Below, one piece after another: positions 1 through 6,067 of a DNA stretch of 51,979 bases (positions within the stretch are counted from its first letter, which is position 1; every line of letters starts with the position of its first letter). Origin of the DNA: Chloroflexota bacterium. Its GTDB lineage: Bacteria > Chloroflexota > Limnocylindria > P2-11E. The translations under genes were made by a program, and so were the position numbers. The DNA is taken from positions 1 to 51,979 of the forward strand of contig VGOU01000001.1 in the NCBI GenBank assembly GCA_016875795.1. The letters are read 5' to 3'. The notes beneath the pieces were generated by a model. The model did no database searches, had not been told where the DNA came from, and worked only from the letters and a program-made list of their open reading frames with translations.

Positions 1-312
1 GCTCGAGGTCGGCGCCTGGGTCGCCTGCGGCTGCGGCGCCGCGGCGGGGAGCCCGCCGGGGATCGCCGGAGGGAACCGGAAGAGCACGACCGCGAGGAGC
101 GTCAGGCCGAGCGCGCTGAGGACCTGGATGCCCCGGCGCGAGGGGCGCCCGAGGGGGAACGGCCGCGGCGCCACGCGGTCGGGGTACGCGAAGCCGAAGC
201 GGTCGCCGTCGTGCTCGCGACGCCAGCGCGCCTCGCGCAGCGCGCGGCCGATGCGCGCGCGCGCCGGCCAGCGGCGCAGGAGCGCTTCGCGGACCGGATC
301 ACCGATAGACAT
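1..312 (-). CDS. hypothetical membrane protein, 3' end outside window (one TM helix then Pro/Ala/Gln-rich tail)
   Basis: Absent from the ORF track because it runs off the window. ATG at 312..310 (minus). My translation is MSIGDPVREALLRRWPARARIGRALREARWRREHDGDRFGFAYPDRVAPRPFPLGRPSRRGIQVLSALGLTLLAVVLFRFPPAIPGGLPAAAPQPQATQAPTSS. Third codon positions are almost all G/C. The start overlaps the stop of 299..760 by 14 nt. Confidence 0.5.
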   Translation of the reverse strand, partial: MSIGDPVREALLRRWPARARIGRALREARWRREHDGDRFGFAYPDRVAPRPFPLGRPSRRGIQVLSALGLTLLAVVLFRFPPAIPGGLPAAAPQPQATQAPTSS

Positions 313-760
313 AGATCTCGAGCGCCACCGCGCTGCCGCTGTCTCCGGCGACGATGTCGTGGAGGTCCTTCACGACCGCGCCCTGGAACGGTCCCGCGGC
401 GAGCGCGCTCGTCGCGGTGCGCGCGAGGCGCTCGCCCTGCACGGGGTCCTGGTGCGATCCGTACGCGAACACGATCGCGACCTTGCGCGACTCGGCGGCG
501 GCGAAGAGCTGCTGCCTGACCGCGTCGGCGAAGCGCGTCTGCTCCGCGGTGACCGCGGCCTGGTCGGCGCCGAGGAGCTTCGCGCCGTCGACGGCGACGC
601 GGATCTCGATCGGCTTCGGGTCGATCGCGGGCCCCGTCGGCGCGTTCAGCTTCACCGGCGGGCTCGCGGCGGCGAGGAAGATCACGAACAGTCCGAGGAG
701 GATGTCCGCCCAGAGCCAGCCGACGAGCGCGAAGGTGACGCCGCGGCTAAGTCCGAACAT
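299..760 (-). CDS. hypothetical N-terminally membrane-anchored protein (153 aa)
   Basis: ORF track 153 aa. N-terminal TM helix FALVGWLWADILLGLFVIFLAAA followed by a soluble roughly 110-aa domain. ATG at 760. 14-nt overlaps with both neighbours. No family recognised. Confidence 0.6.
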   Translation of the reverse strand: MFGLSRGVTFALVGWLWADILLGLFVIFLAAASPPVKLNAPTGPAIDPKPIEIRVAVDGAKLLGADQAAVTAEQTRFADAVRQQLFAAAESRKVAIVFAYGSHQDPVQGERLARTATSALAAGPFQGAVVKDLHDIVAGDSGSAVALEIYVYR

Positions 761-1523
761 CCCCGCGATACCCGAGCGCCTCCGCGGCCTTGGCGAGGTC
801 GGCGGACGCCTTGCGCAGCTCGGCGATCGCGCCCTGGAGGTCCACGAGCTGCTGCTCGCGCTCGAGCGCGCGCTCGAAGACGCGGCGCTCCTCCGCGGCC
901 ATCTGGTCGAGGACCTGGTCGGCCTCGTCGCTGCCGAGGCCGCTCGCGGCCACGCTCGTGGCGTGCGCGATCGTCGCGCGGATCTGCGACTCCTTCAGGA
1001 GCGACGCCGCGCGCGACCCCGCGTCGCTGATGTCGGCGCGGAAGTGCACGAGGAGCGACAGCACGATGAGGAGGCCGATGAGCGCGGCGTCGATCGTCGC
1101 GAGGACGCTGAACACGATCGTGCCCGTGCCGTGGAACCCCTGCTCCCAGAGGAGGAGGAACGGGCGGTCCGAGAGCTCGGGGCGGGCGGCGAGGAGCTTC
1201 GCGTACGCCTCCGTCGCCGTCGCGAGGCCGTACCAGGTGACCGCGATCGGCGCGAAGACGAGGACGTTGCGCGCGACCTCGAGGACGTTCCAGATGCCCG
1301 AGCGGCGGACGGTGATGGTGTCGGCGAGCGCCCGCGGGTCGATCCCCGCGGCGTACGCGCGCGCGTCCTCCTGGCGACCGAGCTTGACCGCGTCGGCGAG
1401 CCGCTCGAGGACGATGGCCATGGCGGCGTCCCGCGGCTTCACCTCGCTCGCCAGCGCGGTCACCTCGTCGGCGGCCCGCTGGCGCTCGCTCGCGCGGGTC
1501 GGAACGACCCTGATGAGCTCCAC
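747..1523 (-). CDS. hypothetical membrane protein with two TM helices and a C-terminal coiled-coil-like region (258 aa)
   Basis: ORF track 258 aa. GTG start at 1523 preceded by GGGGAGCAGGAA (SD-like). TM segments NVLVFAPIAVTWYGLATA and TIVFSVLATIDAALIGLLIVLSLLV. Heptad-like tail EREQQLVDLQGAIAELRKASADLAKAAEAL. Confidence 0.6.
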   Translation of the reverse strand: MELIRVVPTRASERQRAADEVTALASEVKPRDAAMAIVLERLADAVKLGRQEDARAYAAGIDPRALADTITVRRSGIWNVLEVARNVLVFAPIAVTWYGLATATEAYAKLLAARPELSDRPFLLLWEQGFHGTGTIVFSVLATIDAALIGLLIVLSLLVHFRADISDAGSRAASLLKESQIRATIAHATSVAASGLGSDEADQVLDQMAAEERRVFERALEREQQLVDLQGAIAELRKASADLAKAAEALGYRGDVRT

Positions 1524-1621
1524 TTCCTGCTCCCCTTTCCCAGTCCGGGGGCCGCCACCAGCCTAGTCCCGGGTCGTAACGGCGCCGCTCCCTGGAACGC
1601 CGCAGGGGCCTGGAAGTTGCG

Positions 1622-2527
1622 TCAGCGGGCGGTCACCGCCGGCACGGAGGCGGTCAGGCCGCGATAGACGGCGTAGGCCGCCCGGGAGCGGTTCAGCGTG
1701 TAGAAGTGGATCCCCGGCGCGCCCCCCTCGAGGAGCTCCCGGCACTGCGCGAGCGCCCACGAGATCCCGATGGCCTGCACGGTGTCCTCGTCGCGCGCCG
1801 CCTCGACGAGAGCGCGCAGCCGCGGCGCCACGGTCGCGCCCGAGCGGGCGAACATGCCCGTCGGCCGGAGCTGCTTCGCGCTCGTGATCGGCATGACCCC
1901 CGGGACGATCGGCACCGTCACGCCCGCCGCGCGCGCGCGGCGCACGAAGCGGAAGTAGTCGTCGGTCTGGAAGTGCATGTTCGTGATGAGCACCTCCACG
2001 CCCGCGTCCTGCTTCGCCTTCGCGTACCGGACGTCGTCGAGCGGGTCGGCCGACTCGGGGTGACCCTCCGGGTATGCCGCTCCCGCGACGCAGAAGGACC
2101 ACCGCGAGCGCACGAACGACGCGAGCTCGACGCCGTGCGCGAAGCCCCCGGGCGTGGGGGTGAACGTCCCGTGCCCGAGCGCGGGGTCGCCGCGCAGCGC
2201 GATGACGTTCTCGATGCCTCTCGCCTCGAGGCGGTCGAGCGTGGCGGCGAGCGTCTCGGCCGTGTTGTCCGACGCGGTGAGGTGGGCCATCGCCTCGATG
2301 CCGATGTCGCGCTTGATGTCGGTGACGAGCCGGACCGTCCACTCGCGCCGCTCGGCGTCGCCGGGGCGCGAGAGCGAGGGGTACGTGACCGAGACGAAGT
2401 CCGGGTGCAGCGGCTTCAGCGCCGCGATCGTCCGGTGGAGCGCGTCGAACTCCTTCTCGCTGCGCGGCGGCATGAGCTCGAACGAGAAGACGGGCCTGCC
2501 GCCGCGGTACGCGTCGCCGATCCGCAT
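1622..2527 (-). CDS. metF: 5,10-methylenetetrahydrofolate reductase
   Basis: C-terminal 301 aa of the 452-aa ORF 1622..2980 read as MTHFR (FSFELMPPRSEK, VSVTYPS, ALRGDP, VAGAAYPEGHP, ITNMHFQ, IVPGVMPI, GIHFYTLN). ATG (cat) verified at 2525..2527. The longer N-terminal extension is antisense to the RlpA-like gene. An alternative start is at 2560. Confidence 0.9.
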   Translation of the reverse strand: MRIGDAYRGGRPVFSFELMPPRSEKEFDALHRTIAALKPLHPDFVSVTYPSLSRPGDAERREWTVRLVTDIKRDIGIEAMAHLTASDNTAETLAATLDRLEARGIENVIALRGDPALGHGTFTPTPGGFAHGVELASFVRSRWSFCVAGAAYPEGHPESADPLDDVRYAKAKQDAGVEVLITNMHFQTDDYFRFVRRARAAGVTVPIVPGVMPITSAKQLRPTGMFARSGATVAPRLRALVEAARDEDTVQAIGISWALAQCRELLEGGAPGIHFYTLNRSRAAYAVYRGLTASVPAVTAR

Positions 2528-2573
2528 CGGCCCATTCTCATGGACGGGCCCCGTTACCATTGAGGTCCCCCAC

Positions 2574-3041
2574 ATGAGAGCCCTTCCGATCGCCCTGTCC
2601 GCCGCGCTCCTGGTCGCCCCGATGCAGCTCGGGGCGCCGCTCGTGGACGCCCGGGTCGCCGCCGTCGAGCCCGCGGCGCCCCTCGAGGCCGCCGAGTCCC
2701 GCATCGCGATGCTCCCGGCCAGCCCGAGCGAGCCCGAGCCCGCCCCGGCCGCGGCGCCCGCCTGGCGGGCCGAGACCGCCGTCCTGGCGTCCTGGTACGG
2801 CCCCGGGTTCTGGGAGAACCGCACCGCCTGCGGCCAGATCCTCACCCCGGCGCTACTCGGGGTGGCCCACCGGACCCTCCCGTGCGGCACCCTCGTGACC
2901 CTCCGGCACGGCGGCGCGACCCTGACGATGCCCGTCGTCGACAACGGCCCGCACGTCCCCGGGCGGGAGTTCGACCTCACGCACCGCGCCCGCGTGGCCC
3001 TCGGCTGCCCCGACCTCTGCCGCCTCGGCTGGGTCCGCTAA
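2574..3041 (+). CDS. secreted RlpA-like double-psi beta-barrel (DPBB) protein
   Basis: ATG at 2574 in frame with ORF 2154..3041. Signal-like MRALPIALSAALLVAPMQLGAP. DPBB-like core ASWYGPGFWENRTACGQILTPALLGVAHRTLPCGTLVTLRHGGATLTMPVVDNGPHVPGREFDLT. Confidence 0.75.
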   Translation: MRALPIALSAALLVAPMQLGAPLVDARVAAVEPAAPLEAAESRIAMLPASPSEPEPAPAAAPAWRAETAVLASWYGPGFWENRTACGQILTPALLGVAHRTLPCGTLVTLRHGGATLTMPVVDNGPHVPGREFDLTHRARVALGCPDLCRLGWVR

Positions 3042-4222
3042 GCCTCGAACTCCCAGCGGTGCCGCAGCCGCGCGACGCCCACCTCGCGCGAGCGCCCGAT
3101 GACCCGCACCGTCAGCCCCTTCTGCAGGTAGTCGTAGTAGCGGTCCTGCGGGTCGATGATCCCCACGTCGATGTCGTACGCGCCGGGGAGGAGGTCGAGC
3201 GAGTCCACCCGGAAGCGCGCGACGCCCTCGCCGCGCACGGGCGCCTCGCACCCGTCGATCATCGTGTTCGTCCCGTACACGCCCACGCCGTCGTCGCGGT
3301 ACACGTACACGCCGAACACCGCGTCGCTCACAGCGGCGCCGCTCCGGTACGCGATCTCGATCGACGCGGGCTCGCCGGAGTCGAGCACCGCGCGCTCGCC
3401 GCCGTCCGCGCCGAGGACGCGCACCGCGGTGATCTCGATCTCCTTCGAGCCCCAGCGCTCGCCGTGCCCGCGCGCGGCGCGCTCGCGCTGCTCGCGCTCC
3501 CCCACCGTGCGCTGGTACGCGTTCACGACGTCCCGCACCGTGCCGATCGCGCTGACGCGGCCGCCGTCGAGCCACAGCGCGCGCTCGCACAGGCGCGCGA
3601 CCGCGCTCAGGTCGTGCGTGACGAGGACGATGGTGCGGCCCTGGCGGCGGAACTCGGCGATCTTCGCGAAGCACTTGTGCTGGAAGTACTCGTCTCCCAC
3701 GGCGAGGACCTCGTCGACGAGGAGGACGTCGGGGTCGAGGTGGATCGCGACCGCGAAGCCGAGGCGCGCGTACATGCCGCTCGAGTACGTCTTCACCGCG
3801 GCGTCGAAGAAGCGCCCGATGTCGGCGAACGCCTCCACCTGCGGCATCGCCGCGTCCATCTCCTTGCGCGAGAGGCCGAGGAGCGAGCCGTTCAGGTACG
3901 CGTTCTCGCGGCCGGTGAAGTCGGGGTGGAACCCCGCGCCGAGCTCGAGGAGCGCGCTCACGCGGCCGCCCACCTCGAGCCTCCCGGTCGTCGGCTTCGA
4001 CGTGCCGGCCATGAGCTTGAGGAGCGTCGACTTCCCCGACCCGTTCGATCCGATGACCCCGAACGCCTCGCCCTTCGCGACCTCGAACGACACGTCGGCG
4101 AGCGCCGTCACCGTCTCCGCGGGGGCGTACTGGCGGAGGACGACCTCCTTCAGCGTGCGGCGCGCCTCGCGGCGCAGCACGTACGTCTTCGTCACGCCCT
4201 CGGCGCGGATCGCGGCGGTCAT
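3038..4222 (-). CDS. wzt: polysaccharide ABC exporter ATP-binding protein with C-terminal Wzt_C-like carbohydrate-binding domain
   Basis: Walker A GSNGSGKST, signature YSSGMYARL, Walker B LLVDEVLAVGD, H-loop THD. The extra roughly 150-aa C-terminal beta-rich domain (IEITAVRVLGADG...AYDIDVGIID) is typical of O-antigen Wzt. ATG verified at 4220..4222, in frame with ORF 3038..4567. Confidence 0.9.
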   Translation of the reverse strand: MTAAIRAEGVTKTYVLRREARRTLKEVVLRQYAPAETVTALADVSFEVAKGEAFGVIGSNGSGKSTLLKLMAGTSKPTTGRLEVGGRVSALLELGAGFHPDFTGRENAYLNGSLLGLSRKEMDAAMPQVEAFADIGRFFDAAVKTYSSGMYARLGFAVAIHLDPDVLLVDEVLAVGDEYFQHKCFAKIAEFRRQGRTIVLVTHDLSAVARLCERALWLDGGRVSAIGTVRDVVNAYQRTVGEREQRERAARGHGERWGSKEIEITAVRVLGADGGERAVLDSGEPASIEIAYRSGAAVSDAVFGVYVYRDDGVGVYGTNTMIDGCEAPVRGEGVARFRVDSLDLLPGAYDIDVGIIDPQDRYYDYLQKGLTVRVIGRSREVGVARLRHRWEFEA

Positions 4223-4830
4223 CCCATCACCGCGAGGAGCCGCGCCGACCGTTCCGCGACGAGATCCGGCAGGCGGCGCGCGAGAGGGCGGCGGACCCGC
4301 TCGGGCGTCGCGTCGGGATCGATGCGCAGCTCGCGCTCGTCGCGCGCGTGCGGAAGGGCGGATGCGACGTCGTACAGGGGCGCGAGCCGCACGTCCCGGC
4401 CGGCGAGCAGGAGCGCGTGGTCCTTCGCGTGCGCGTCGGTGCCCCCCAGTGCCGGGCCGGGCCCGCCCTCGTTCTGGCACTTCCGCGAGGGATGCACGCC
4501 GAGCGCCTGGCACAGATCCTCCTGGTGGATGCGCACCAGCCGACCGCGTGTCTCCCTCCTGACGCAAAGATCCACGACGATCGCCGACCGGTCACCGAAC
4601 CGGACGGCGCGCGTGCGCGCCGTCACGAGCCCCGCCCGCCGCGCGGCGTCAAGGCACAGGTGCTCGTCGAGGTCGTGATCGTCCAGGCCGGCGACCGCGG
4701 GCTTCAGGATGCGGCTCGTCGCGAGCGCGCCGCTCGGCACCCCCCATGGGCCCCGCCGCGGCGGCGGCGCGAAGGTAGCCGTCGTCGTAGTCGAACCGCA
4801 GCGCGGCGCCGCGCGCTCGCCTGCGCCGGC
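4219..4830 (-). pseudogene. HipA-family kinase toxin remnant (internally deleted, frame-broken)
   Basis: Frame of ORF 4219..4941 carries HipA landmarks: SRILKP (THIIKLP), HQEDLCQALGVHPSRKCQNEGGPG (PQEDMCQ..KYESDGGPG), GGTDAHAKD (GATDGHAKN, Asn to Asp) and LAPLYDV (LTPFYDI). The roughly 45 aa between GGPG and the catalytic loop, and the roughly 130-aa N-domain, are missing. An N-terminal HipA-like strand (AALRFDYDDGYL) lies in the HipB frame. Total remnant is about 200 codons against about 440 in E. coli HipA. Confidence 0.6.
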
Positions 4831-5035
4831 CGGGGCTGAGCTCGAGCTCGTGGCCAAGGCGCTCGAGCACGCGGATGACGAGGCCGAGCTCGGCGGTGGG
4901 CTTGCCTGCCTCGAACTCGTAGATCCACTTGCGCGACACACCGGCGCGCCGCGCGAGCTCGGCCTGGCTGAGACCGCGCTCGGCCCGCAGGCCGCGGATC
5001 ATCGCGGCGACGTCCCGCGTCGATCGGACGCGCAT
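4649..5035 (-). CDS. XRE-family HTH protein (HipB-like antitoxin/repressor); frame stays open into the HipA N-terminal remnant
   Basis: ATG verified at 5033..5035 with GGAGGTG 7 nt upstream. The HTH is RDVAAMIRGLRAERGLSQAELARRAGVSRKWIYEFEAGKPTAELGLVIRVLERLGHELELSP (about 70 aa, to about 4826). No stop occurs until 4649, so the 3' end is uncertain. Confidence 0.65.
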   Translation of the reverse strand: MRVRSTRDVAAMIRGLRAERGLSQAELARRAGVSRKWIYEFEAGKPTAELGLVIRVLERLGHELELSPGRRRRARGAALRFDYDDGYLRAAAAAGPMGGAERRARDEPHPEARGRRPGRSRPRRAPVP

Positions 5036-5057
5036 CCGGAGCACCTCCGCGGCATGA

Positions 5058-5127
5058 CACCGCTCGGTGGCATGATACCGATGACACCGAACGGTGTCAA
5101 GACGCCCCTGCCACCGCTCGGTGGCAG
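5058..5127. promoter_or_regulatory. three palindromic operator-like sites (CACCG-N2-CGGTG core) spaced exactly 27 bp centre to centre, upstream of the HTH gene
   Basis: O1 is 5058..5069 CACCG-CT-CGGTG. O2 is 5083..5098 GACACCG-AA-CGGTGTC. O3 is 5108..5127 CTGCCACCG-CT-CGGTGGCAG. Centres are 5063.5, 5090.5 and 5117.5. A minus-strand TATCAT (-10-like) at 5077..5072 lies between O1 and O2. Confidence 0.6.
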
Positions 5128-5139
5128 ACCCCGGACCCG

Positions 5140-5946
5140 CTACGGCTTCCTCGCGGTCGCCATGTAGAACCAGCCGAGGACGTCGGCGACGGCGGTGCCG
5201 TCGAGCGCGCGGACGAGGTCCGCGTACTTCCATGCGAGGCGGTCGTACCCGCGGAACGTGTACGGCGGGTACACGCCGGCGGAGATCACGCGCACGTCGG
5301 CGAGGCCGCTGTCGCGGATGAGGCGCGCCCACGCGCCCTTCGGCAGGTCGCTCTCGTAGATGCCCTCGGCCATGTGCTCGGCGCGCTGCATGCGGTCGCG
5401 CTCGGCCCAGCGGTAGAGCGACACCTTGCGCGGGACGATGTCGGCGTAGAAGAGGCCGCGGGGGCTGAGGATGCGCGCCATCTCGCGCAGCACCGGGGCG
5501 GGGTCGCGGAAGTGCTCGAGGAGCCCGCCCGAGAGGACGAGGTCGAAGCTCGCGTCGGGGAACGGCAGGCGGCGCGCGTCGCCGAGCACGCGCGCGACCG
5601 TGCGCCCCGCGCGCCGCGCGTTCTCGCTCGCCGCGCGCATCGCGTACGCGGCGTAGTCGAGCGCGACGAGCCGGTACGGCCGCTCGAGCCCCGCGCGGAT
5701 GAGGAGGCGCCCCGACCCCGCCCCGATCTCCACCGCGCTGCCCGACGCCGGCAGGAGCGGCCGCAGGTGGCGGATCTTCGTCTCGTCGATGAAGTTGTAG
5801 ATGTCGCGCCGCCCCGGCTCGTACAGCTCGCGCGGGTCGACCTCGCGCTCCCACGCCTCGCGGTCACCCTCGGCGAAGCGGCGCTCGCGGACGTCGTGCG
5901 CGTGGCCGTGCGCGTGGTCGTGCGCCATCCGCGTGAGCGTAGCCAA
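5140..5946 (-). CDS. class I SAM-dependent methyltransferase
   Basis: SAM motif I VEIGAGSGRL, post-I LDYA, motif II DLVLSGGLLEHF, LSPRGLF. TTG start at 5946 with GAGGAG 8 nt upstream. An alternative ATG is at 5928. Confidence 0.85.
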   Translation of the reverse strand: MATLTRMAHDHAHGHAHDVRERRFAEGDREAWEREVDPRELYEPGRRDIYNFIDETKIRHLRPLLPASGSAVEIGAGSGRLLIRAGLERPYRLVALDYAAYAMRAASENARRAGRTVARVLGDARRLPFPDASFDLVLSGGLLEHFRDPAPVLREMARILSPRGLFYADIVPRKVSLYRWAERDRMQRAEHMAEGIYESDLPKGAWARLIRDSGLADVRVISAGVYPPYTFRGYDRLAWKYADLVRALDGTAVADVLGWFYMATARKP

Positions 5947-6067
5947 CGTCGCTCCTCGTCCAGGGAGGGGCCTCGCCGCTCGCCTTCATCCATCCGTCGA
6001 TCGACCGACGCGTTCGGCGCCCGACCGCGAGCGGTCACGGCGACCTGCCGTAGCCCGCCGGCCACCG

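Noticed and set aside
1622-2980. Full 452-aa ORF taken as an extended MetF.
   Set aside because: MTHFR similarity begins at the Met at 2527. The 150-aa extension is low-complexity and antisense to the RlpA-like gene (2574..3041).
2882-4678. 598-aa plus-strand ORF. Similar long ORFs occur at 354..1667, 5286..7190, 7341..9548, 12262..13818, 26017..28281, 28180..29688, 36483..37796 and 50887..51843.
   Set aside because: The translations are Arg/Ala/Pro/Gly-rich and low in complexity. They lie antisense to, or out of frame with, genes that have clear family motifs. Long stop-free frames like these are expected in very GC-rich DNA.
4649-5854. 401-aa ORF spanning the HTH gene and the methyltransferase region.
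   Set aside because: Only the segment from ATG 5035 downstream has an HTH and an SD. The upstream part is out of frame with the well-supported methyltransferase 5140..5946.
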